Of a stretch of DNA of 64,000 nucleotides, positions 37,855 through 51,744 are shown piece after piece. The notes beneath the pieces are model-generated. The model was not told the origin of the DNA. It did no database searches and saw nothing but the letters and a program-made list of their open reading frames with translations. The translations under genes were made by a program, and so were the position numbers. This stretch comes from Octopus sinensis. Taxonomy: Eukaryota. The stretch's first letter is position 1. Each line of letters begins with the position of its first letter. Location: contig NC_042997.1 in assembly GCF_006345805.1 (NCBI RefSeq), positions 172,980,001-173,044,000 on the forward strand, written 5' to 3'.

Positions 37855-38215
37855 AAGGCCTGAAGAAAATAATGCAGATAGGACAGTCAAACATCATATC
37901 AATGGATGAATTCAACAAAATAACCAAAGTCCCCAGGGTAAGCAAAGAAGTAAAAAGGAAAAAGTGGAATTGGATTGGACATGTATTGAGAAATGAACCC
38001 AATTGTCATTGCATGATTGCTTTGACTTGGCAACCTGAGGGGAAGAGAGAAAAGTTGGTAGACAAAAAACCACATGGAGAAGGGCAGTGGAAAAGGAAAG
38101 GAATCAATGGTCATCATAAAATGTGGCAAGAAAACTTGCAAAACAGAGTGATAAATGGAAAACGAGCGTGGAGGCCGTATGTGCCAGCTGGCACAAAGAG
38201 AATGGATAGACAGAT
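37855..38215 (+). mobile_element. RTE-clade LINE 3' fragment with one frameshift
   Basis: LKKIMQIGQSNIISMDEFNKITKVPRVSKEVKRKKWNWIGHVLRNEPNCHCMIALTWQPEGKR, then a shifted frame KVGRQKTTWRRAVEKERNQWSS*NVARKLAKQSDKWKTSVEAVCASWHKENG*. This carries the WxGHVxR and GRxKTTW RTE C-terminal motifs. Confidence 0.85.
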
Positions 38216-38220
38216 AGACA

Positions 38221-38769
38221 TATTATGTACCGAGGAAGTGGAAAATGTGACTCATATAAGGGCATGTAAAAAGGCATCATTGTAAAGTATGTTTATATCT
38301 GAAGTGGTGTTTGATGAAAGACACTTGAACTAGAGCAGAAATTGGTATCAACATATATTTGACAGAGCATTAGAAAATGAATCTGCAGAATCTTGCGGGA
38401 TTTTAAAATTCAAAAGAATAGAATGATAAAACACCGTTAACCATACAGTGTTGTGGTGAAGAAACTATAGAGGTGGAAATGTTACATAACAGATATAAAC
38501 ATATCTGGCTATTACAACATAGCTAGTAAAGAGCATGGGTGAGTTGGTAAGTATTTGGAACTTCATATGGAAGTCTCAAAAATGTGTATAACACATGAAC
38601 TAAAAGTTCTGTCGATAGTACTTGGAGCTTTTGGCTCCATTCCTAACAAGTTTTCAAAAAACATCAATGAGCTAAATACAACATCTAATACTGCAGCCTT
38701 AAAAATCAAAATAAATGAATAATAAAATTGGCACCACTTGGAACTGCCAATTTTCTGCAAAAGGCCTGA
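38221..38769 (+). mobile_element. Fossil R4/Dong-like (RLE-type) non-LTR retrotransposon C-terminus
   Basis: Stitched frames give LCTEEVENVTHIRAC / KRHHCKVCLYLKWCLMKDT*TRAE / WYQHIFDRALENESA / RILRDFKIQKNRMIKHR*PYSVVVKKL*RWKCYITDINISGYYNIASKEHG*VGKYLELHMEVSKMCITHELKVLSIVLGAFGSIPNKFSKNINEL / APLGTANFLQKA*. This follows the CCHC knuckle plus PD..D..K restriction-like endonuclease pattern. Confidence 0.75.
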
Positions 38770-39263
38770 GATTATATGATTCGATGGACAATATCTATAT
38801 ACTCAGGCAAGATTCTAAGATGTGCTAAGTGAAAATAATTATTAACATTTTACAATTCTTTGTTAATTTCCGTCAAAGAATTCCAAGTATGCCAGGGCAC
38901 TGCCTCTAAAGCTTTAAAGCAACTATAAGCAAACTTTGTTTTCAAGAACTAGCCACATAAGACATAGCTCATCGTTAGACAGGTCACACTACTATTAAAA
39001 ACCAAAATTAATTTTCTGTATGACATGTCATTCAGAAAGTCCTGTAGGCTGCAGGTTGCCAAGGACTGCTCTGAAGATTTTGACAACTTTCTAATAGCAA
39101 AATTAAACTTAGGGTTGATCAAATCAGTACCAGTAATATGCGGGGGAGTTTACTTATTGAACAGTTTGTCCCACCATTCTGCTGTCAGATAAAATTATAG
39201 TCTGGTAATAAATTGTTTGTTTATATGAATGTATGCATGCAGGATGCATGTATGTATGCTTTA

Positions 39264-39326
<63 letters not shown>

Positions 39327-40284
39327 AAAAAGTGCTAGGTCTGTTTTATTTTCCCAAGAAGATCCACTGATTTTTCAGATTCTACTTTGCAACAAATGCA
39401 CTGACATCTGAGTAGCAATAATGAAGTATGTTTTAGACTACTAAACGTTTGGATTATAAACAACCATTTCATTTTGATTAGTAGGTTTCTTTTTTTTCTT
39501 TTTTTTTTCCCCTCCCTTCTTCATCCCCTTACACCATTCTACCCCCCTTTCTCTTTTGTTTTCTTCCTTTGGGCAGATTTACCATTAAATGCTTATGTTT
39601 CTGAGCTGTTTATATGTTTGTCTATGTGCGTGTTTGTATCAGTGCATATCAGAGAGAAAGCGAGAGCGGGAGAGAGAAAGGGGGAAGAGAGAGAGAGAAT
39701 GAGAGTAAACATAGTAAAATAAATGTCCATAATCTTTGTGAAAGACTGGACTAGTAACTTGACTCTAAATATACGGTAATGACTTACATTATTTGCTATT
39801 GAAATTGTCAGTTGCTTTTAGGCATTTAACCCCCTGAGTTTGAGAGAAAATGCATTGAATTTAGACTTGCAAGTAATTGGTTTCTGATATTATTTTAATT
39901 CTTTAGTTACACAAAGTCACGAAGAGAAAAAATCTATGTCGCTAAGTGGAACTACGCTCATCAGCTTAATTACTGCTCTACTTAGGGGTCTCCCCCCTAC
40001 CTTTAGTTTTTTTTTTTTTCTTTCTGTCTCCTCTCCTACCTATCCCCCACCATATCTCTCTTGAGAATACAAGTGGGATGGATCTGCAGAGATTAGAAAA
40101 TAATGAATTAAGTGAGTATGATATATGTGCAATATTAACCCATTTCATTCACTCATACATGTATATATATATATATATTAGTTAGACTTCAGTAATAGTA
40201 AAACTTTCCACCATAGAAAGCTTTTAAAGTTAATTTATAGTACAAACAAGATGTTCCAGCAACAATTATATAAGTTAGGCACAG

Positions 40285-40645
40285 GCATGGATGTGTGGTT
40301 AAGAAGCTTGCTTCCCAACCACACGGTTCTGGGTTCAGTTTTCTACTATAGCCCTGGGAAAAAAATGTCTTGCGAATGGATTTTGCTGATGGAAACTGTG
40401 TGGAAGCCTGCTGTGTGTGTGTCTCCGTGTCCATCCACTGCAATGCTTGACCCGCCATCTGCTGCACTGCTTGACAAGCTTTGGCTTGTGTGTGTCCCCA
40501 TAACTTAATGGTTGGTTAAAAGTGACAGAATAAGTACCAACATTTACAGAGAAAAAGAAATACTAGGGTCAATTCGGTTAACTAGAATATTTCAAGGTAG
40601 TGCCCTAGTGTGGCCACAGTCCAATAACTGAAACAATCAAAAGGT
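40285..40645 (+). mobile_element. Full-length SINE family B with tail type 1, degenerate
   Basis: ggcatggatgtgtggttaagaagcttgcttcccaacc...gtccccataacttaatggttgg...gtggccacagtccaataactgaaacaa. Confidence 0.75.
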
Positions 40646-40917
40646 AAACAGTAAATGAAACTAGTCATTAAGTCATTTTACTTAAACCACTTCCTTGAAA
40701 TTCTTATTTATTTTGAAAACTTATGACAATATGTTGTAGTCACTTCTTAACAGATGTATGACCAAGAAAGAAAGGTTTAAAACTTCAGAAATCTTCAATG
40801 CAAAGGAGAGGAGGAATTCAAGTGGATTTTACAAAGCATTGGCTATAGCATGTGATTAATATAATGATGATGATGCCTGTACTAGTAAGGACTGTATGGA
40901 GTATTAGTGCTTTACAT

Positions 40918-40990
40918 AAGCAGTCCTTAAACTTTTTTTCTTTTTGCACCAGAGACCGGTTTCATGCAAGACAGTTTTTCATGGACCAAA
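40918..40990 (+). mobile_element. hAT-Charlie (MER1-like) MITE left-end fragment
   Basis: ...ttttgcaccagagaccggtttcatgcaagacagtttttcatggacc resembles the MER1-type terminal sequence as I recall it. No matching right end was found. Confidence 0.45.
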
Positions 40991-41559
40991 GAACACACAC
41001 GTAAATTAAGGGGATTTTTTTAGATACTTTTAGGGGGGGGGGGAAATAAGATGTCCTTATATGCAATCAAACATGGTAAGTTGAACCTGAAGACATGTAA
41101 CCTCACAAATGAAAGAACATTTGCATTATTAATTGCTAGATAATGTTAAGGTATTTTAGATATATCCCACCAATGAGAGGACATAGAAAAAAATAAAAAC
41201 ATTAAAATAATTGATGCCAGTGCTGCCTGACAGCCTCCCATGCTGGTGGCAAGTAAAAAGCATCATTCAAGTGTGGTCAATGCCAGAGACACCTGACTGG
41301 TTCCTGTGCTGGTGGAACATAAAAAGCACCCACTACACTTTTGGACAGTGCTGAGTTGTCAAACATTAACATTTAAACCAAATTTTCTCAAAACAACTTG
41401 TCCGACCATCCCATAGGCCTCCCCTTTGAGAAACACTGATTTAACCTAAATTTGAGACACCAACAAAAGAAGAAATAAAGATAGACTTTTTTTCTATTCC
41501 AAAGAAAAGCGATTTTATTCACACAAATATGCAACCGAAGAGTTTAAAGTACCAGTAAG

Positions 41560-41785
41560 TACATCGCAACAGCTGATTAACTTGCGCATACAAATGCACG
41601 TTCCCACGGCTTTATCGATAGCATTTTCACCTGGAATCGATTTTCGTAATTTTTTCAAGACTTATACACACCCTGATACCGTCAGTATCTACATATCAAA
41701 TTTGAGCACAATCGGATGGAGGATGCCTAAGATTCTAGAAGATACACAAACAGACAGACAGAACGGATTTCATATAATAGATTTG
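41560..41785 (+). mobile_element. Helentron/HINE-like 3' half
   Basis: catatcaaatttgagcacaatcggatg...acaaacagacagacagaacggatttcatataatagat; same layout as the end of 9119-9500. Confidence 0.45.
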
Positions 41786-42469
41786 TTCAGTCAATGGTCA
41801 GGTCTCTGTGTTGTAGCTCAACCTGCTACAAATAACTAAATCTTTCTCAAATCACAGCCTGCTTGCCTTAAAAAAAAGACAAATGTAGTCTTAGATACAC
41901 AGTGTCTGAATAAAAAGAGAGGAAGGTGAGAGGCAAAAAAACACCTGTGATATTATCATTCAATTCAATTAAAGATGTAATACCTTTGATTATAGGTCTA
42001 CTCAGTCAGGGCTGACAACCACACTAATGGAACAATCAATTAATGTAGCAATGAAACAATTATTGAGGGACACTACTCTTCCAGTACAATGCTTTAGCAG
42101 ACAATTCCCAGTTTCACTATCAAACCACACTATATCACCAGTACTACTAAAGCGTTCCTAACTAAATTACAATCTCAGTTGAATTCATATTATAACACAA
42201 GTGATACTATGAGATTTCAATTGCTCAACACAAGCATATTGTAACACTAGAGATATTTTAGCAAAACCTTTGAAAACTCTTGAAAATTAATTGAAGCACA
42301 CTCACAGTAAATTCATTTGGAATATAGCCATGAATAGGATAAAACACTCAGATGGAACTCTCTTTTCTTATGAGGTTAAAAGAAGGACACTGGTATCCGA
42401 GCATTTAAATGTCCTTTTTTGTTTTGTTTTTCTCCCATTATCCATTTAGTAAACACAGACATACACATA

Positions 42470-43376
42470 TTATATATCTATATATATCTCTAATCTATAT
42501 CTATAGAACTGCTCTCTCATCAATAATAAAATAATAATAATAATAATAATATAATAATAATAATAATAACAATAATAATATAGATATATATCATATATAT
42601 ATCTATATATATATCTATATATTATATCCTATATATATATATCTATATATATCTATTATATATATCTATATATATATATCTATATAATCTAATATATATA
42701 TCTATATATATATCTATATATATCTATATATATATATATCTATATATATATATATCTATATATATATATATCTATATATATATATATCTATATATATATA
42801 TATCGATATATATATATATCTATATATTATATAATATATATATATATATATACTATATATATCTATATATATATTATCTATATATATATATATATCTATA
42901 TATATATATATCTATATAGATTATATTATATTATATATCTATATATATATCTATATATATATATATCATATATATATATATATATATCTATATATATTAT
43001 CTAATATATATTATATATATATATATCTATATATATATATATCTATATATATATATTATATCTCTATATATATATATATCTATATATATATATATCTATA
43101 TATATCTATATATATATATATATCTATATTATAATATATATATCTATATATATTATATATATCTATATATATATCTATATCATATATATATCTATTATAT
43201 ATCTAATCTATATATATATATATTATATATATATATATATATATATCTCTATCTATATATATTATATAATAATTCTATATCTATCTATATATATATTATA
43301 TATATATCTAATATATATATATCTATCTATATCTATATAATATATATCTATATCTATATCTATATCTATATATATA

Positions 43377-43411
<35 letters not shown>

Positions 43412-43578
43412 ATAATAATTATATATCTATATAATATATATCATATATATATATATATCTATATATTATATATATCTATATATAATTATATATCTATATC
43501 TATATATATCTATATATATATATATATATCTATATATATATATATATATATCTAGATATATCTATATATATATATATC

Positions 43579-43610
<32 letters not shown>

Positions 43611-43744
43611 CTATCATATATATTAATCTATATATATATATATATATCATATCTATATATAATCTCTATCTATATATCTATATCTATATATATATCTAAT
43701 CTATATATATATCTAATTATATCTATATATATATATATATATCT

Positions 43745-43776
<32 letters not shown>

Positions 43777-44060
43777 AATCTATTACTTAATATATATATA
43801 TATATTATATCTATATATATCTATATATATATATATATATCTCTAATATATATATATATATCTTATATATATATATTATATCTATAATATATATATATCT
43901 ATATATATATATATATATCTATATATATATATCTATATCTAATATATATATATATATCTATATTATCTAATATAATATATATCATATATCTATCTATATA
44001 TATATATATATCTATATATATATTATATCTATATATATATATAATATCTATATATATATC

Positions 44061-44092
<32 letters not shown>

Positions 44093-44711
44093 TATATATA
44101 GATATATATATTATATATATCTATATATATATATATATATCTATAATATATATTATATCTATTTATATATTATATATATATATTATATATATATATATAC
44201 TAAATATATAGCTATATATATCTATATATATATATATAATATATATCATATATATATATCTATATATATATATATTATATATCTATATTATATAATAATA
44301 TATCTATATATCTTATATATCTATCTATAATATATCTTATATCTCTATATATATATATCTCTATCTCTATATATATATATCTATCTATATCTCTTATTAT
44401 AAAGATCTTCTTATAATATATATATATATCTCTAATATATATATCTATATATCTCTATATCTATAATCTATAATATATATATTCTATATATATCTATATC
44501 TATATATATATATAATCTATTCTATTATATATATCTATATATATCTATATATCTATATCTATATATATATATATCTATATATATATATATCTATATATAT
44601 TATATATCTTATATATATCTAATTATTATATATATCTATATATATCTATATATATATATCTATAGTAATATATCTATACATATAGTATCTATATATATAT
44701 TATATTATATA

Positions 44712-44754
<43 letters not shown>

Positions 44755-45707
44755 ATTATCTATATATATAATAATATCATATCTATATATATATATATTA
44801 TAATCGATATTATATATATATATATCTTTATATATATAATTCTATCTATATATATATAATAGCTATATATCTAATATTATATATATATCTATATATATCA
44901 TATATCTATATATATCTATATATATCATATATATATCTATATATATATATAATCTATTATATCTATTATATATCTTATATATCTATATATCTATTATAAT
45001 ATATCTATATTCTATATCTTTTATATCTATATATAATCTATAATCTATCTAAATATCTAATATCTATATATCTATATATATATATCTATTATTCTATATA
45101 TCTATATATATATCTATATATATATATATATATATATATATCTATATATCTATATAATCTATATATCTATATATATATATTCTATATCTATATATCAATC
45201 TATATATATATATCTATATATATATCTATATATATATATATATATATATATTATCTATATCTATATATCTAATATATATATTATATATATATATCTATAT
45301 AATATATATCTATATATATATCTATATCTATATATATCTATATATATATATATATTCTATTATATATCTATATATATATATCTATATATATATTCTATAT
45401 CTATATATATCTATATATATATCTATATATATATCTATATATATATCTATATATATATATCTATATATCTATATAATCTATAATATATATCTATATATAT
45501 ATCTATCTATTATCTCAATTTATATATATATATATATCTTTTTTATTCTTTATATACTATATCTATATATATATATCTATATATATATCTATATATTATA
45601 TATATATAATAATCTATATATATTAATATATTATATATTCATATATCTATAATATATATATATATCTATATTATATATAATATATTATATAATATATATC
45701 TATATAT

Positions 45708-45757
<50 letters not shown>

Positions 45758-46041
45758 ATATCTATATATATACTATATATATCTAATATATATATATCTA
45801 TATATCTATATATCTATATAGATATATATATATCTATATATATATATATATATCTATATCTATATCTATTATCTATATATATATATATCTATATCTATAT
45901 ATATTATATATATATAATATCTATTATATATATATCTATATATATTATATATATATATATATATTATATATCTATATATATATATATAATATATATATAT
46001 ATCTATATCTATATTCTATATCTTATATATATATATATATA

Positions 46042-46078
<37 letters not shown>

Positions 46079-46175
46079 ATATATTCTATATATATATATA
46101 TATATATAATTATATATCTTATATATATATATATTATATATATTATATATATCTATAGATATATATCATATATCT

Positions 46176-46234
<59 letters not shown>

Positions 46235-47216
46235 CTCATATATATCTCTATATATATATCATATCCTCTATATATATATATATATATTATATATATCTAT
46301 ATATATAGATTATCTATATATATATATATATCTCTATATATTATATATATATATATATCTCTATATATATATCTATATTCTCTATATATATATATATATA
46401 TATCTCTCTATATATATATTCTATATCTATATATATATATATCTATCTATCTATATATATAATATATATATCTATAATATATATATATTATATATCTATA
46501 ATATATCTATATATCTATATCTATATAGATATCTATATCTATATATATTAATATCTATATTATCTATATCTATATATATCTATATCTATATTATATATAT
46601 CTATATATATATATATATCTATATATATATATATCTATATATATATATATCTATTATATATATATATTATATATATATAATATCTATATATTATATATCT
46701 ATATATATATATATCTATATATATATTATCTATATCTATATATATCTATATATATATATATCTATATTATTATATCTATATATATATATATCTATATATT
46801 ATATATCTATATATATATCCCTAATATATATATTATATATAATATATCTATAGATATATAATCTATATATATTATATTCTATATATATATATATAATCTA
46901 TAATCTTATATATATTATCTATATCTATATATCTATGTCTATATATCTATATCTATATATCTATATCTATATATATATATATATATATATATCTATATAT
47001 ATAATCTATATATATATATATATATATATCTATATCTATATCTATATATTATATCTATATATATATATATATCTATTATATATATCTATATTCTATATCT
47101 ATCTATATTCTATATATATATAATATAACTATCTATCTTATAATTATCTATATATATCTATATATATCTTATAATATATCTATCCTATATATATCTATAT
47201 ATATATATATATTTAT

Positions 47217-47260
<44 letters not shown>

Positions 47261-48112
47261 CTATATATATATATATATCTATATAATATATATATATCTT
47301 ATATTATATATATATATCTATATATCTATATATATATATATATCTATATATCTATATATTATATAATATATCTATCTGCGTGGTGCCTAGGACTCCAAAC
47401 CTGCCATCAAGATGTAGGACAAGATTCTGTGATAGCCTGGGCTTCCGAGGCCCACAGCTCTTCAATATCTCCCGAAGAACCTGAGAGACCTGCATGGGGT
47501 GGATACAGATGTCTTTAAAATGAAGCTGGATCTCTTCCTGTCAGGTGTCCCAGATGAACCAACTTCACGGCAGGAGGGGCAGATGAGGGCAGCTGCATCG
47601 AACTCTCTCATGCACCAAATAGCAGTTGCTAGAAAGCCTCATGAAGTGAAACCAAGTAGCAACACCAAATGGCGGTGCCCCAGCATGGCCACAGCTCATA
47701 AGCTGAAACTAGAATCAATCAATCAATCAATCATATATTATACATCTATATATCTATATCATCTATATATATATCTAATATATATCTATATATATATATC
47801 TATATCTATATATCTATATATATATATCTATATATATATATCTATATATATATCTATATCTATATCATTATTATATATATATCTATATATATATCTATAT
47901 ATTATATCTATATATATATATATATATATATCTATATATATATATATATATACTATATATCTATATATATATCATATATATATATATATATATTCTATCT
48001 ATATATATATCTATATATATATCTATATATATCTATATTATATATATCATATATATATATCTATATATATCTATAATATCTATATATATATATATATATT
48101 ATCTATATCTTA

Positions 48113-48145
<33 letters not shown>

Positions 48146-48220
48146 ATATATATATTATATATCTATATATATCTATATATATATATATATATCTATATCT
48201 ATATCTAATATATATATCTA

Positions 48221-48251
<31 letters not shown>

Positions 48252-48439
48252 ATATATCTATATCTATATCTATATATCTATATCTATTATATATATCTAT
48301 CTATATATCTATATATATTATATATATATATATATCTATCTATATATATCTCTATATATATATCTATATATATAATCTATATATATCTATCTATATATAT
48401 CTATATATATATCTATATATAATAATATATATAGATATC

Positions 48440-48471
<32 letters not shown>

Positions 48472-48501
48472 CTATAATCTATATATATATCTATATATAT
48501 A

Positions 48502-48536
<35 letters not shown>

Positions 48537-49701
48537 TATATCTATATATATATATATATCTATATATCTATATATATATATTATATATCTATATAATATA
48601 TATATATATATCTATATATATATATATATATATATATTCTATATATAATATATAATATATATCTTATATCTTATATATATATATATATATATATCTATAT
48701 ATCTATATATATATATATATATATATCTATATATATATATATATATCATATATCTATAAATATTATATATCATATAATCTATATATATATATATATATCT
48801 ATCTAATATATATATATAATATATATCTATATATAATATATATATATAATATCTATATATCTATATATATATCTATATATATATATATATTATATATATA
48901 TATATATATCTATATATATATCTATATATCTATATATAATCTATCTATATATCTATATATATATCTATATATAATCTATCTTATATCTATATATATATAT
49001 CTATATATATATATATATCTATATATCTATATATATATTATATATATCTTATATATTATATATATATATATATATATCTATAATCTATATATCTCTATAT
49101 ATATATATCTATATATCTATATATATCTATATATCTATATATATCTATATCTATATATCTATATATCTATATATATCTATATATCTATATATATCTATAT
49201 ATATATATAATATATCATATAATATATATTATACTATATATCTATATATATATATATATATATATCTATATATCTATATCTATATATATATATCTATATC
49301 TCTATATCTATATCTATATATATATCTATATCTATATATCTATATCATATATATATATCTATATATATATATATATAGATCTATATCTATATCTATAATA
49401 TCTATATCTATCATATATCTATATATCTATACTATTATCTATATCATATCTTATCTATATCTATATCTATATCAATATATATCTATATATATCTAATATA
49501 TATCTATATATATCTAATATATACTATATATATATATCTATTATATATCTATATATCTATATATATTATCTATATATACATATCTATATATCTATATATA
49601 TCTATATCTATATATATCTATATATATATATCTATATCTCTATACTATTATCTATATATCTATATCTATATATATATATATATATATATTATATACTTAT
49701 A

Positions 49702-49740
<39 letters not shown>

Positions 49741-49915
49741 TATAATATCTATATATATACTATATATATATATATAACATATATATTATATATATACATA
49801 TATATATCTATATATATATATATTCTATATATTATATATAATATATTATATATATTATATATTATATATATATATATCTATATATATAGAATCTATATAT
49901 AATATATATATATAA
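42470..49915. repeat. ~7.4-kb degenerate (TA)n/(TATC) low-complexity tract, preceded by (AAT)n and interrupted by a LINE fragment
   Basis: Almost only A, T and C on the + strand, with irregular periodicity. Confidence 0.95.
47377..47730 (+). mobile_element. 5'-truncated LINE 3' end (CR1/L2-group-like), copy 2
   Basis: [31 protein letters not shown] (1-nt frameshift) ...[44 protein letters not shown], with an (AATC)n tail. Confidence 0.8.
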
Positions 49916-50437
49916 AATATGCAAACAAATTAGTGAATGAGTTCACAGAATACAAAAAGCAAGGGTTAAAATTAAATCCATATTTTCAAATTATTTCTCT
50001 TCAACAAATTAATCATCTTGAGAAAAAAGGAAATTCGTTGTTGGAAGTTTGAGAAGCTAGGTTTTATTTACCTAAAAGAGGGGTGGAGAAGATTAGGGGT
50101 AGTTGTAGTGGTGATGGTGGTGGGAATATAATTTATGGTACAGTTTAACCCATCCAGTTCTATAATTGAAAAAGAAGAAATACTTGATCCAATATTTAAT
50201 TTTTGATTAATGTTCAAATCTTCATAATGTTGTTGTTGTTAATAAGCCCTACTGAAATTGGTTGAATAAAAAGAAGAAAAAAAACCCCAAAAACCTAAGT
50301 CTTTTCTCAACAAAAAAATCTCTTCATTCCATTATTGCAGACAAGAAACTAAGATGGGTATTTTTTTACTTTAATTTCATAAGGGTTTTTACCTTAGTTT
50401 CATACTTGCTGTAATCCTTCAGTGTATAAAAACGGCT

Positions 50438-50560
50438 ATATCTGGCCCAAATATTCTGTCTGTTTTAGGTTCAAACTGGCCAAATTCAGCCTCTCACACC
50501 TACTCTACAATGTCATTCTAAAAATAATCATATTGAATTTTCAAAACTACAAGATTATGT
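50438..50560. mobile_element. Fragment of piggyBac-like MITE family P2
   Basis: atatctggcccaaatattct...ctacaatgtcattctaaaaat matches 60380-60460. Confidence 0.6.
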
Positions 50561-50574
50561 GTAAAACAATGTAA

Positions 50575-50938
50575 AGAAGAGCACTTGTAGAGCACAAACC
50601 TCTGCCAAGGCAACACCAACGTCCTCTCAATGATTAGCCGGTGATGATTTTTAAAATGAGAATATCTGAAATAAGCTCAACTGCTCTCACAAAGGAAAAT
50701 ACTAAAAATGAAACTGACTGTTCTCAAAAATTAAGTAAAAAAATAAACAGGAAAAATAATCCAGAATCCTTGTCTGGTACTGGATCGATCCCAAACTCTA
50801 ATCAGTTCGTGTCAGTCATGAGGCTAAACATCCCTGAAAGTTCCACCAAATCCATCCAGAGGTTCTTGTCCACAGACAAATAAACAAACAAACACAACTG
50901 GAAACAACACCTCCACCTTTGTTAAGGCGGAGGTAATA
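50575..50938 (+). mobile_element. Helentron-associated non-autonomous element (HINE-like)
   Basis: The 5' subterminal motif acctctgcc (50598-50606) is nearly complementary to ggcggaggt in the 3' hairpin acctccacc-tttgttaa-ggcggaggt (50909-50934). An (AAAC)n run precedes the hairpin. Confidence 0.7.
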
Positions 50939-51101
50939 AATAGGCATTACATTTGACAGACTAATCTGAAACTTGGAGGGTTAAAAACATTTAGGAGTAC
51001 TCAACAAACCTTGAAGTTAACATCTATTTATTCTGATAGAGATCCCCAGGAGATGTTTGAATTAAATATTATGCATTCAAATTCTAAAAGTAGAAATGTA
51101 C

Positions 51102-51293
51102 CATATGCCTTACTTATAACCATTGCTATGAGGGAGCCTATGGGAAATAGCAACTAAATTTCCCTCAAATCCACAATACCATCTTAAAAAGGTTGCATAT
51201 ACCTTACTTATATCCATTGCTATGAGGGAGCCTACAAGAAATGGCAACTAAATTTGCCTCAAATCCACAATGCCACCTCAAAAAGGTTGCATG
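51102..51293. repeat. Tandem duplication, 2 x 94 bp
   Basis: cattgctatgagggagccta...gcaactaaattt..ctcaaatccacaat..aaaaaggttgcat starts at 51121 and again at 51215. Confidence 0.9.
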
Positions 51294-51540
51294 TAGACCT
51301 ACATTACACTACAACGATTATATACTCCCTTGCACTAAGCAAACAGTATTTAATGTCAATCTTCTATATTCTGGACAGAAAACCTGCAGGGGTTGAAGGA
51401 GTACTCTGCCTCTCATGTGTAAGGACACAGTAAATACTAGACATATTGTGATCTTGTTTCAAACATTCCTATATCAATTGATATTTTTATGAATTGGGTA
51501 AATGTAATAAACCATTATTATTACTAGGTTGGTGAGTTAA

Positions 51541-51742
51541 CCCTTTCATTACTGAATTTATTTTGAGATGCTCTGTGTTTCTTTCAATTACTTTAAATAT
51601 AACAAAGAATTTAGTAAAATAACTTAGCTATCATTCAGCTAGTGTTAACATAAATTGTGACTAAGGTTTGGTGAAAGATTTTTAATTCAAAACTTATGAA
51701 AACAAGACAGAACCATTTTCAGCCGGGTTGGTAATGAAAGGG
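51541..51742. mobile_element. piggyBac-like MITE, family P1 (202 bp)
   Basis: Perfect 12-bp TIRs ccctttcattac / gtaatgaaaggg, flanked by TTAA (51537-51540) and TTAG. Confidence 0.85.
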
Positions 51743-51744
51743 TT

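Noticed and set aside
41385-41447. ttgagaaacactg as the right TIR of a hAT MITE pairing with 40918
   Set aside because: The TIR sequences do not match each other and I found no shared 8-bp TSD, so it is left unassigned.
47499-48422. 307-aa ORF, the longest in the window
   Set aside because: The first ~75 aa are LINE 3'-end sequence and the rest is read-through into the AT/TATC tract.
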